This document shows positions 27,874 to 40,284 of a stretch of DNA of 64,000 nt, one piece after another. Both the position numbers and the translations under genes were made by a program. Within the stretch, counting starts at the first letter, position 1, and every line of letters starts with the position of its first letter. The notes beneath the pieces were generated by a model. It saw nothing but the letters and a program-made list of their open reading frames with translations. It made no database searches and was not told the DNA's origin. The DNA lies in the NCBI GenBank assembly GCA_951406725.2, contig OX597822.1, positions 37,510,001 through 37,574,000 on the forward strand, in the 5' to 3' direction. This DNA is from Octopus vulgaris (taxonomy: Eukaryota).

Positions 27874-27960
27874 GCTGAGGCTAAATTGGCTGCCAAGAGA
27901 GCGTCAAGAAGTGAAGCCAGGGAAATCCGAATGAAGGAACTTGAAAAACAGCAGAGAGAG
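27874..27960 (+). CDS. LRRFIP2: LRRFIP1/2-family gene, first visible coding exon (AEAKLAAKRASRSEAREIRMKELEKQQRE)
   Basis: Acceptor ttctccattacag and donor gtaagt at 27961; 87 nt, phase 0/0. The peptide closely matches the conserved LRRFIP N-terminal helix (AEARLAAKRAARAEAR.IRM.ELE.QQKE, recalled from the family). The symbol reflects the family; invertebrates usually have a single LRRFIP1/2 co-orthologue. Confidence 0.93.
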
Positions 27961-28681
27961 GTAAGTCTACTTTCTCTTCCTCTTTTTCTCCTCCTACCCT
28001 TCTCTCTCCTCCTCCTTCTGAATTTTCTTCAGAGATCTAGAGGAAGAGGAGAGAGAGTGATGTGTACTTATGAATTCTTGTAAATGACTTTTGTTGTCAG
28101 TAACCTCAAATGGTGGTAATGGGGAATGTTGGGGTGGATTTATTGGGATGTAAGTTGAAATTAGACTGATTATAAACAACATTCTTGAGAATTGTATTTA
28201 AAATCTTAATAAACAACTGAATAATGGTCACTACACTAGTTTGACTTTCTTGACTGTCCAATTCTGTACCTTTTATTAAATTATTTTGTTATAGTACACA
28301 GTGAGGAAACAAGGGATCCTTTACATTGTCACTCAGTGTGCTAGACATAACAGCCAAATCTTCTTAAAATTAAGCACTATTATCTTCAAATAGGAATGAC
28401 ATAATGTAACACTAAATGTGCTAAAAGACAGAACGGTCATGCTGGAAATATCTTCAGTCATTGAACTGCTTGATTCAGAGCTAAACCTCATGTTATACAG
28501 CATCAATGACCATTTAAGTTGGCAACTAACCATGTAATTGTGCACAGTAGAGTCACTGACCATGTCATTCTCCTCAGTAGATCTATTAACTATAATTCTG
28601 CACAATGGAGCCATTAACCATCTCAGAATAATTAGAAGAGCTAATGAATTCCAAAATGTCTAGTTTCTAAGAATAAATTAA

Positions 28682-29268
28682 TATCATCATCATCTTTCCA
28701 TGCTAGCATGGGTTGGACGATTTTACTGAGGTCTGGCGAACCAGATGGCTGCACCAGGCTCCAATCTAATCTGGCAGAGTTTCTACAGCTGGATGCCCTT
28801 CCTAACGCCAACCACTCCGAGAGTGTAGTGGGTGCTTTTACATGCCACCAGCACGAGGGCCAGTCAAGAGGTACTGGCAACGGCCACACTCAAATGGTGC
28901 TTTTTATGTGCCACCTGCACAAGAGCCAGTCCAGCGGTTCTGGCAACGACCTCACTCAAATGTTTTTCGCGTGCCGCCAGCACAAGTAGCAGTAAGGCGA
29001 CACAGGTAACAATCATGCTTGAATGGTGCTATTTACGTGCCACCGGCATGGAAGCCAGTTTGTTGCTCTGATAACGATCACGCTCGAATGGTATTCTTAG
29101 CGCTCCACTAGCACGGATGCCAGTCATCGAATTTGATTTCGATTTCATTTGCCTCAACCGGTCTTTGCAAGCAGAGTTTAGTGTCCAATGAAGGAAAGGT
29201 ACGTATAAGTGGGCTGGTTACACCCCTGGCATAGGCCACGAGGTTATTGTCTCACTTGGCTTGCCGAG
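28682..29268 (-). mobile_element. Retroposon 3' region with (GAT)n tail (family 3); shorter copies at 39394-39598 (+) and 17558-17650 (-)
   Basis: catcatcatc...ttccatgctagcatgggttggacg...ggctgcaccaggctcca...ctacagctggatgcccttcctaacgccaacc is shared among copies. Confidence 0.75.
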
Positions 29269-29499
29269 TAATATATTGATGTCATTTTACAGAATGATGT
29301 CACTGAGACTGGAGTCAGTGCAGACAAAGAAATATTTCAATTTACTACTGTACATAACACTCATAGGCAAACTGAGGTTCACAAAAATTTCTCAAGGGAA
29401 CACCTAATAAAAAAAAAAATTCACCTTGAATGTTTTTCTGGTGTATCCTGATGAACCATGTCTCTTGTGTCCACCTTCATGAAAAAGACTGTTCATGCC

Positions 29500-29750
29500 T
29501 GGTATATATAAACCTCACTGTGTGCCACTTTATACAGACTTCACTGGGTAATGTACCCCTGTGTGTAGACATCATGGGAAGAGTGTTGTTGTAAGTAGAC
29601 CATCCTGGTGAGTGTGCTACTGTGTGTAGTCCTCGCTGGTAAGTGTACAGGCTTCATGGTGAGTGCATCACTGTGTAGGTTCAATCTTTGAGTAACTAAA
29701 TCTTTGTCTCACTGGTGATTTAGCTAGTATATACACCTCTCTGGTAAGTT
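29500..29750. repeat. Degenerate ~30-bp minisatellite
   Basis: Recurrent tgtgtagac(c/t)tcactggt(g/a)agtgtgc-like units. Confidence 0.6.
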
Positions 29751-30189
29751 TCTGTTAGCGCTGACAAGAGTGAGATAGCATATTAGGTATTACATATCTA
29801 ATCAGTCTTTGTAGATATGATTTAGGAAAATTTCTGATAATTCATCAGAATAAGAACAAAGAGATAGTAGGGTTGGCATTATTGTTAAGGGTGAGGTTGG
29901 TGCATTAGAGTGGTTGAAATAGAGATTCTGACTGAATTATTGATGGTATTTTGTTTCATTTGTTTACATTTTGAGCTGAAATCATCATTTTCCATCCCTC
30001 TGGGTTGAAAAACTTTCACCAGTCATATGCTAGTTTTGAGTCTATCAGCCATGCTTTCCCTCTACAAATTTCTGGTCTTGTGTCCAAGTAATAAATATTT
30101 GTTGTTACAGAAGGTGAAATCTTTGTTGCCCAGTTCTCTACAGTTTTACTTCCACAGGTTTTGTTTCTGAATTCTACCACAGATTCAGC

Positions 30190-30712
30190 TGTAAGAACAA
30201 GATCATTAGCATAGATGAGCTCCCAAAGGCAAGCAGTCTTAAACTCTTCTTTTATAGTCTGAAGAGCTATGATAAATGAGGGGACTGAGAACTGAGCCCA
30301 AGTGAATTCCTACATGCACACTAAATTCATTGCTATACTCATTAACTTTCACCTTACTAACTGCACTCTGTACGTGGCTTCGACAACAGTCACCAGATGG
30401 AATGAGGGACCTTATTAAAGGCTTTCTCCATGTCAACAAATGCTAAGTTCAATATTTTATTTTTGGCTAAACACTTCTACAGTTGCCTTCCGAGAAAAAA
30501 GAACACCAGTAGTGCTTCTCTCTGGTACAAAACCAAACCCATATAGGCTAATTCTCTTCCTAATAAGTTGAACTTATAACCCTTTCTGTAACTTTTATGA
30601 CCTGGTCCAGTAATTTGGTACCTCTGTAATTCTATCTATGACATATCCTTTCCTCTTGTATATAATGCTGCTACATCAGTCACTGAGTATAATACATTCC
30701 TATACAACCTGA
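30190..30712 (-). mobile_element. Degraded RTE-clade LINE RT fragment
   Basis: Minus-strand remnants NYRGTKLLDQVIKVTERV, VGIHLGSVLSPL (cf. GVHQGSVLSPL) and WELIYANDL (cf. WELLYADDL). Confidence 0.75.
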
Positions 30713-32082
30713 TTAACCCTTTCGTTATCAACCTGGTTGAAACCAGCTCTGGTTCTGAGTACAAATGTCTTGTTTTCATAAGTTTTGAATTAAAATCTTC
30801 CACCAAACCTTAGTCACAATTTATGTTCCTAACACTAACTGAATGATAACTAAGTTATTTTACTAAATCCTTTGTGGATTTGTTATTTTTTCTTTTTGCC
30901 TACATAAAAAAAAAGTGTGTTATTGTCTGGGAGATCTTTATAGTAGCAGAAAAGGCATTTTGACTCCTATTTCTAAATTCGGTGTGCGGTGAAGCAATTA
31001 GTTGACCCCCCGATTATAATTATGTTTATAATTATAGAATATTTGTATAATTTTACCTAAAAATGGTTATTTTAACGTACTGAACTACTTGGTAAAATTA
31101 TTAATTAATTAATTTTACCCCTTTTTTTATTATTATTATTATTATTGAAATAAATGCACAGTAACCCGTTGCCATATCATGGTTCACCTGTCATGGTTGA
31201 TTAAGTTTATGTTGATTTCTCCTTGGTGTTGTTTTGCATTTATTATAAAATAAATATATACAAATTATAAAATCAAAAGAATATACAATATGGTACTGTT
31301 TCTACTTTGCAGATTTTCACCTATTGCGGTGGTTTTTGGAATGTAAATCCACGATAGTTGAGGTATTGCTCTGTGTGTGTGTGTGTGGGGGGGGTGCTGC
31401 TGTTAGGAAGGACATCCAACTGTAAAAATTCTGCCAAAACAGTCACAGAAGTCTGGTGCAGGCTTTTGTCTGGCTGGCTCCTGTCAAACCATCCCACCTA
31501 TACCAGCATGGAAGGTGGATGTTAAATGATGATGATGGTGTTTGTACATATTTATGTATGTTTGTGTGTGTATAAACACATACATGCACATTTGGTATGC
31601 ATTTGATACCTCCAATTGTTGGCTGTCATTGTCACCAGAGATGTCTCTTGGTGGAAGTACTTCATTATATAACTTGGTCTGCATCCCTTTCGTTTAGGGC
31701 CAGGAAATACTTTAGGTATCAACAAAGTAGAGCTGAGACTATAAACACACAAACACACAGGTTTATCAGTGATGGATGTACATGCATTGCCATGTAAATT
31801 GAAATATAGTTGGCTTATGACCTCACGGATTTTTTAAATCAGCATTTATTAAATCTATTACATCATCAAATGCTCTCCATATTCAATTGTGACATCACAC
31901 AATCTGTAATCACAGCACTCCACCACCACCACTTTACAACATAACTTTACTCATACAAACTTACATATGCATGCAAACACATACACATACAGATCCTACA
32001 GAGATATGGCAGATATAACTACATACTTTTATACATGCATACAGATACACACACATGAAGCAATGATGCACATACATACGTG

Positions 32083-32122
<40 letters not shown>

Positions 32123-33276
32123 GTTGTGGTGTAGAATTACCTTGTCGATCTTTTGCTCTTCTCAAGATGTTCTCCTTTCTCAACTTGGTTTCAAGTGACT
32201 GGAGCTGATAGGAGGTTTGCTCTGCTCTGCTCTTATGCTAAACCTTCCTCACTTTTGGATATTTAGTGCTCTTTCACTCTAGTTTCTGTTTCTCACAACC
32301 CATCCTCTACCTGTTACCTAACTTCTGCAATCTAAATTTTAAATTTTCACCAAGCTGGACATTACTTTTCGTTCTTCAGTAAGCAATAAAAATGTGCCAG
32401 TCATGGAGTAAATTGAATCAGTTTACTTTCCCTCTTGAAAGTCTCTGTTTTCATTCTCAAGTAATTATTGTTGCTGTTGTTGTTTAGCCTCAGGTCAGCC
32501 TTGATTGAGTAAACGTATGAGCAAAGTAGTTTCAGTCTACATTAATCACCCTCACTTTATTTCAGTAACACATAACATATCCTGGTTACATGTCTCTTTC
32601 ATAGTAGGGTGTAAATTGAGGGAGATTTGGCTGTTATTTCTAGCAGGTTGGGCAATAACATTCAGACCACTTTTTTACTTCATCATTTTTGTTGTTTAAC
32701 TCTAGGTCAGATGTGACTGAGTAGCTTTATGATTTAAAGTATTCCAACCCTTGACTATACAGTCTTTTTGTTCCAAAATGTTGTGGATTTCAGACTATTT
32801 TATTCAATATTTCTTTTCTTACAATTGCAGCATGTGATAAAGGGGAGATGTGGTTGCTATTTTCAGCTGATCAAAGAACTACATAATTTCTCTCTTGAGT
32901 CTGATAAAAACTGCCAGATTAAATACTTTATGGTACTCAACCATGTGTCCTGTTCTGAGTTGAAGTCAACAGTGTTTTTTGTCTCGTTGGAATGTCTTAA
33001 GTACCAGTTATATACTTGACTTGATTCACTCAATTATACATCTTCCCCTACAAATATCTAACCATGTAGTTGTGTCTGATGAATCCTACTGTTCTCAACC
33101 ATTTCCATTATTTAACATCCCTCAGAAGACTTTATAAACTGTCCCATGACAAAGAGAACCTAAGTAAGGGCTGTAAACAAGTCCTAGTTTAACTATTAAA
33201 AAGCAAATGACCTCAGTGCTCATCGTTTTGTTAGCTTGCAGTGCTGTGTTCAATCCCTTCTCTGTTTACTGTACAG

Positions 33277-33576
33277 CAGGGATTCTCAACCATTTTTTAC
33301 CTATGAACCCCCTTTGATTTCTATTTTGCTTAGTTGGACCCCATTAACCATTCAATACTTAAAAGATCCTATTGTATTTTTATGATTAAATATTATTAGG
33401 AATTGTATAAAAATTGTTAAAATATTTTGTGGATGTATAACTAGTTTATTGCTCATAAATTTTGCTGGTCTGAAGCACAATTTTTTTTTTCATGGCCCCT
33501 GAAAAATTACCATGGATTCCCAGTTTACTATATGTGGACCCCCAGGGTCCATATGGATCCTGGTTGAGAAGCCCTG
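33277..33576. mobile_element. hAT/Charlie-like MITE, 300 bp
   Basis: TIRs CAGGGATTCTCAACC / GGTTGAGAAGCCCTG; degenerate 8-bp flanks ctgtacag / ctatagaa; related fragment at about 44400-44465. Confidence 0.72.
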
Positions 33577-34081
33577 CTATAGAAAGCAGCCCCATGAAAC
33601 TACTCCAGTATGGTACCTCCCCTATCTGCCATCCACTGAGATTACCAAGGAGTAGTATTGGTGGTGGTATTGATAGTTGCAGTGATAGTAGGGTTTGCAG
33701 TAGACATACTAGTGTTAGTAATGTTTCTGCTATTGAACAAGATGTGTAAGTTATTGAGAAAGTGACCACACCCTCTACGTGTCTTTCTCTTTCTATATAT
33801 AGCAAGGTATGTAGGTTATACAACAACATGACAGATAGGTATATAGATTAACTGGGATGTAAACAGCAATACTACCAGAACAACAACAACTAGTACACAA
33901 AACAAGTTGCAATGTCACCTTTGTTTACATGTTAGATTTCATTTACTTTAAATCCTGCTTAGTTGTATTTCTTCTGGCTTTGTGTTCTAAGTTAATTCCA
34001 AAGGAGGTTGGCCTTGCTTTTCATCCTTTCAGAATGGGGTCAATATAGCTCCTCTTCCAAAACTTCAGAAATTTACTTTAA

Positions 34082-34298
34082 CCCTTTAGTATTTAAACAG
34101 GCCATATCCAGCCCAAATATTCTACCTATTTTATGTTCAAACTGGCCAGATTTGGCCTCTCACACTAACCCTACAATATCATTCTAAAAATTAAGTTACC
34201 TCATCAACATCTCAAAGCTACAAGATATGCATGATTAATCTAAAACATGTGAATAAATTAAGTTTTACTTTTGACAGAATAATCTGAAGACTAAAGGG
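34082..34298. mobile_element. piggyBac-like MITE family A, inverted copy
   Basis: TTAA|CCCTTTAG...CTAAAGGG|TTTAA; reverse complement of 11609-11827. Confidence 0.8.
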
Positions 34299-35660
34299 TT
34301 TAAGTCATCTTTTTTCATGAGCTGGTTCTAGAGGAAGGGTAAGGCTTTCCTATACAGTGATGGTCTTAAAATTTTGCAAGTAAGATAGGAGCAAGAAGAG
34401 TGAGGATTCCAGAGGGTTTTATAATGTGCTCAATCTCATCTGGTGTGGGGTCTGGTGGTGAACACAAGAATGATAAGAGGAGAAAGGAGTGGGTTTAGAA
34501 ATATCTGAGTGGAGGTGGTTGTGGTGATGAAAGTTTTTATCATTATTTTCAGAATCAGTAGAGCATCAGATTGGCTGTGTCCCTTTCATATTCTGAGTTT
34601 GGATTTGGATTCTACTGAGACCAAATTTACCTTTCGTCCTTCTGGAAGGGTTTTGGAGTACATGTGGTGATGGTCTGTAAAGGTCAAGTGTTGGGATCAG
34701 TTGACAACTGTAACCCTACCACCATCTTTTTCTCCTAAATCTGTGCCCCAGTGCCTCTAAGTTAGAAATTGTCACTGCTGTTTGCTATATTGTACTTTAT
34801 TGCTGAAAATGTCTGTACTGCCATTGTTGCAGCTGTTGCTGTAACTACCATGACCTTCACACATTTGATATGTTAAAAGTATCCTTCTTTTTCTTCAACT
34901 GTATGTTGTAGATGAATGTCAACCTTTCTTGTTCAGTAGTCATCTCTGGCATTCACATGTGGACTGCAAGGCCTGGTTTTGATCTGTAGCAATGACATCT
35001 GTTGCAGGTTAACCTACTTGATGCAATAAAGAATTTATGCTTCCCATGTGTTCTTTTGAATTCTCTCTTGTTTCTCCTGAATGGCTGGAATTATGAGTTT
35101 CAGTGATCGGTGCTATTCATCACTCCACAGAGCCTTTCTCCCAGTTGTATGGGGAAATGTCAGAGTTCTTCATATGTCTCTTCAGTACATCCCTATATTA
35201 TAACCTCTGGCCACTACGGTTCTGCCTGCTCTGACACAGTTCAGTATAGAAAACTGCCTTTGGAAGCCTGCCACTCTTCATCGTTGAAACATCTCCTGCC
35301 CAGAAATTAGAAGCTCCAAATATTACTAATCAGTAAAGAAGCTTCTATGGGGTGGGGTTAGAGGTCGTATCAATTTGTTAGAAACAACAGCCTTATATCC
35401 TTCATATCACAGTCTACTGTTTTATTTTTAGAAAACGAGAAGGCTATATTAGATAGTCTAGTTCTAGATAGACTATGTCTGAATAAGACAAGATGGTCAT
35501 GGCTGGAATATCTTTGATCATAGGTCTGCTGGATCAAAATTGACCTGGGGTTTCATGTCGACACCCATTCCAAATATTTTGATATTGATTTCCTTCTAAC
35601 ACAAAACAACTCTACCATTTTCTCTTTAGCTTTTCATCTACCTTTCTTTTTCTTCCACAG

Positions 35661-35711
35661 AATGAAGAGAAACAAGATCGGCTATATGAACTGACTAATG
35701 ATTTACCAAAG
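35661..35711 (+). CDS. LRRFIP2: LRRFIP exon (NEEKQDRLYELTNDLPK)
   Basis: Long pyrimidine tract ending ttcttccacag, donor AAG|gtatgt; 51 nt, open, phase 0/0, continues the frame of the previous exon. Confidence 0.85.
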
Positions 35712-37312
35712 GTATGTATATGCATGCATGTTTGGGTGTGTGTGTGTGTGTGTGCAGTAAGTGATCTTTCTTCCTAGAATGACCACTCTTTTCCATTGGA
35801 TGAAACTGAACATTACTGTTTACATTTAGTTTGTCCTTTTTCCTTCCTTGACTTTAACGTGTGTGTGTGTGTGTATGTAAAGGTGCATGTTTGTGGTTGG
35901 CTGACTGTTTAAGAAGTTTGTTTCAGAATCGTACAGAATCATGCTTCAGAATCAGGTTTGATCTTACTGTGTAATACCTTGGACAGGGGGTCTTTTGCCA
36001 TAGCTTTCGGTTGACCCAAACCTTCTGTGTGATATCGAGGAGATGCAAACTGTGTGGAAGCCTGTCAAACTGATTGTTCATGTAATTCAAAGGTCCAGTC
36101 TTGTCCCTTATATCTGATGATATATACAAGAATGAGTTCCATGCACATAACCCTTATGGTGGAGCAGTAACACTGAATTAGTTGAAAAGAAATGATATCT
36201 AGTTGAGGGGACTTTTTAATTTGTAGACAAACTGTCTTATCTTGGTGGAGTGATAAAAGCCATTTGTTCCATGTTGTAAACTGGTTTGTTATAGACGGGG
36301 GTCACCAGCTGTAAAAATGCCATGATAAAGTGAAGAAGAAATGAATGAAAAAGATGGTCATCACAATACCACATACACAGGCAGCCTACCTAATAGTTGC
36401 ATAACTCTGAAGTTGATGTAGAGCACAAGGTCTCTGTAAATTAATGGGTGATAGGAGAGTTATTCAGTTATAATCACCATGCCAGAGATACTCTGAGACC
36501 CAACTAACTCATACAATTAATAAAAAATGGACACAAAATGATGATGATGATGATGATCTATATCTATATTTTCACTTTCCTGTAACTTGAGGGCGCGTCT
36601 TGATGCATCTTTACCATCGTCTTTCTTTTCCATTTGGGATAAATGTAAATCTCCCTACAGCGGGATACCAGGTGTTCCTGTGTCTCTATCATATTTTAGC
36701 CTCTTATTACCTGGCATAAAGCCTCAGTAGTACCCCCACTAACTCAGATGAGGTAGGGTGTCTTGCCTTGCAAGTTACTTGGTGACCTCACTAGAAATGG
36801 TACATGTAAATTGTATCCAGCTATAGGAACCATGCTAAAGCAGACATTGGAGTTTGGTCATCTTGTTCACAAACTCCTGTCAAAATGTCCAACCCATGCC
36901 AGCAAAAAACTGAACGTTAAACAACGATGCTGGTAATGACAGTGATGATTTGCAGTTTGTTTTCCCAAATCCATAATCATTTCTGGGCCTTCACGTTTCA
37001 TTTTCATTATGATGTAACATTACCAGTGTTGCTACCTGTTTATAGGAAGCAGAGCCAGTGTGAATGGTGTAGATATTATTATCAGTATTGGAATGTTACA
37101 CCCATAACATTTGTTTGTCATCATTGAGGTGTTTATTTCTGTTATCTGTGTGCTTGTTTTAGCTTTATGCTGATAGTAATTATTATAATAGGAATGCCTA
37201 ATCAGTGAGTGACCAGAATGATTGTGCATGTTGGTTGTAATAATCACAAGCATTTGTCCTGTAGTGTTTTATAAGTGTCTTCACTAACTGTAATACTGTT
37301 TATCAATAACAG

Positions 37313-37384
37313 ACCACCATGAGACATGCAAACAGCCGACGAGGAAGCGACGATTCATCGGAGGAGGGAACACGTGAAATAAAG
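37313..37384 (+). CDS. LRRFIP2: LRRFIP exon (TTMRHANSRRGSDDSSEEGTREIK)
   Basis: Branch-point-like cactaac near 37282, acceptor aacag, donor AAG|gttagt; 72 nt, phase 0/0, locally CpG-rich. Contains the SRRGS motif that precedes the LRRFIP coiled coil. Confidence 0.85.
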
Positions 37385-37429
37385 GTTAGTTTAATTCCAG
37401 TTTGTTCATCTTTGTATTTTGTGTGTATA

Positions 37430-38720
37430 TTGGGTCATCCCATGAATAATGCGTTTTTTTCAATTGCATGAACTAAAAGTTGGAGAGGGATGGGATAAAC
37501 TACCTGCATCAACTTCTGTAAAGGTGGTAGTCATTTTATCTTGTACTTATTCTTAATGTAAGTTTTGAAGAGTGCAGTTTGATTTTAATAGTTATTTTTT
37601 CAAAGCTATAAGAGAAGTGACAAAGGAGCATATTTTGCTTTATGAGTTCAATAAAGGCAACAATGCAATGGAAAATGTGAGGAATATTAATGCAATATAT
37701 GGGGATCGGACAATAAATGTAAGCCAGTTTCAACAGTGGTTCTAGAAACTACAGCCTAGAAGATGACCCTTGTCTTGGAAGATCCGTAGAGCTTGATGAG
37801 GATGTCCTGCAAACCCAGGTGGAACAAAATCCCATTGTGACAGTTGAGGAATTAGCAGAGAAGCTTGGATTTGGTTATTCAATCATTTGTCAACATCTGT
37901 GTGCCATCAGAAAGTCAGCAAATTGAGTCAATGGGTTTTCAAGTCTAATTGGGTCAATGGTTTTCCGAGTCAAATTGGGTCAATGGGTTTCCAAATCTAA
38001 TTGCGTGCAGAGAGTAAATGTGTGCTCTTCTTGGCTGTCACGTCTCATGAATGAGTCTTTTTTTGGACCGAATAGTGACTGGTGATGAGAAATGAGTTCT
38101 CAATAAAAATGTCAAGCACCGAAGACAGCGATTAGGGAAAGGAGAAACACTGACACCCTAGGCTAAAGAAGGTCTTCACCCACATAAGGTGTTATCTGTT
38201 TGGTGGGATATGAAAGGTTTAGTCCACTTTGAACTTTTAAACCCAAACCAAACGATAACAAAGGAGATCTACTGCAAGCAGCTTGATTGGTTTAAGTCAA
38301 TGCTAGAAGTAAAATGACCATCTTTGGTTTCAAGATGAGAGGTGTTCTTCTATCAGGATAATGCTCACCCACATACAGCAAAGATGGCATTCCAAAGGCT
38401 GGAGCAGTTTGAATGGGAAACGATGCCCCACCCACCATATTCGCCAGATATTGCCCCATCTGATTATCATTTATTCTGCAGTCTTCAAAATCATTTGGAT
38501 GGAAAAGATATGAATTCTGTATATGAGGTCAGAACAGTCCTGGAGGAGTATTTTTTTATAATGGACAAGTGAATTTTGAAAGAGGGGCCTTGCAAGTCTA
38601 CCAGATAGATGGTAGAACATGATGGAGAGTATATTTTAGATTAAGAAAGAACTTTGTTTATCTTAATTTTGAAAAATAAAAGCAGTATAAAAAAACTGCA
38701 TTATTTATGGGATGACTCAA
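37430..38720 (+). mobile_element. Full-length decayed mariner transposon (DD34D), 1291 bp
   Basis: About 30-bp TIRs (TTGGGTCATCCCATGAATAATGC ... GCATTATTTATGGGATGACTCAA), TA on both sides. Transposase remnants HILLYEFNKG, IVTGDEK*, QDNAHPH and HPPYSPDIAPSDYHLF with 34 residues between the last two Asp; several stops and frameshifts. Confidence 0.95.
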
Positions 38721-38967
38721 TATATGTATATATTGTACTGTTTTATTATTGATAGGATGAAAAAAAATACTCCATCCTGTGAGAAATAAATATCATTTGA
38801 TATATGCGCATGATTTAAAGCTCATCTGATTATTGTACTATCCAGAAGCATGAAAATTATAGTAGCTTACATTTAAATCTTGTGTGTGTTAAATTAACAC
38901 ACCTGCTTGTTGTTCCTTCACCTGTCTTCATCTTTTGTTTTCTGTAAATATATATATACTCTTTTTT

Positions 38968-39374
38968 TTCTTTTACTTGCTTCAGTCATTTGACTGAGGC
39001 CATGCTGGAGCACCGCCTTTAGTCGAGCAAATCGACCCCAGGACTTATTCTTTGTAAGCCTAGTACTTATTCTATTGGTCTCTTTTGCTGAACCGCTAAG
39101 TTACGGGGACGTAAACACACCACCATAGGTTATCAAGTGATGTTGGGGGGACAAACACAAACACAAACATACACACACACATACATATATATATATATAA
39201 ATACATATATACGATGGGCTTCTTTCAGTCTCTGTCTACCAAATCCACTCACAAGGCTTTGGTTGGCCTAAGGATATAGTAGAAGACACTTGCCCAAGGT
39301 GCCACGCAGTGGGACTGAACCCGGGACCATGTGGTTGGTAAGCAAGCTACTTACCACACAGCCACTCCTGCGCC
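38968..39374 (-). mobile_element. tRNA-derived SINE, family 1 (antisense)
   Basis: Reverse complement of 20594-21012. Confidence 0.85.
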
Positions 39375-40106
39375 TGTGTATGTATATATACACAGGTGGC
39401 ACGTGCAGGTGGCACGTAAAAAGCACCCACTACACTCACGGAGTGGTTGGCATTAGGAAGGACATCCAGCTGTAGAAACATTGCCAGATTAGACTGGAGC
39501 CTGGTGCAGCCTTCTGGCTTCCCAGAACCCCGGTCGAACCGTCCAACCCATGCTAGCATGGAGAACGGACGTTAAACGACGATGATGATGATGATGATAT
39601 ATATATATATAATATAGGCACAGGTATGGTTATGTGGTTGAGAAATTCTCTTTGCCACCACATAGTTTTGAGTTCAGTCTCATTGCACTGCAATTTTGGA
39701 AAGTATCTTCTACTATGGCTGTGTGCTGACCAATGCATTGTGAGTGAAATGTTAGTCAGGAACAATAGTAAGTGTGTGTGTGAATACTAACAGCATGTGA
39801 CTTCACTTGAGTGATTTGTTTTCATTCTTTGTTGGCATTATGACCAGTCACACCAGACTTTTGAAGACCTGTGGTATAAAATCATCCTTTCCTTGAAAGG
39901 TTGGTAACAGGAAGATCTGCCAGCTATAAAGTTCTATCTCAAATATGTCCCCACCCAAAACACATTAGCATGGATTGTCACAGTATGAGTCAGTTCTTAT
40001 CACTGTCATGTATGTGTGTATGCATACACATGTCCTCTTTTATATACTACACATGCTTACTAGATCTCTCTCTCTCATGCAATATACATATATACATATC
40101 TATCTA

Positions 40107-40145
<39 letters not shown>

Positions 40146-40168
40146 CACACACACATAATAATAATATT

Positions 40169-40221
<53 letters not shown>

Positions 40222-40236
40222 CATAATAATAATATT

Positions 40237-40284
<48 letters not shown>

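Noticed and set aside
23230-29125. Periodic repeats (23230-23540, 25185-26415, 28830-29125) as CRISPR-like arrays
   Set aside because: Eukaryotic context, degenerate units, homologous rather than unique spacers, and no cas genes.
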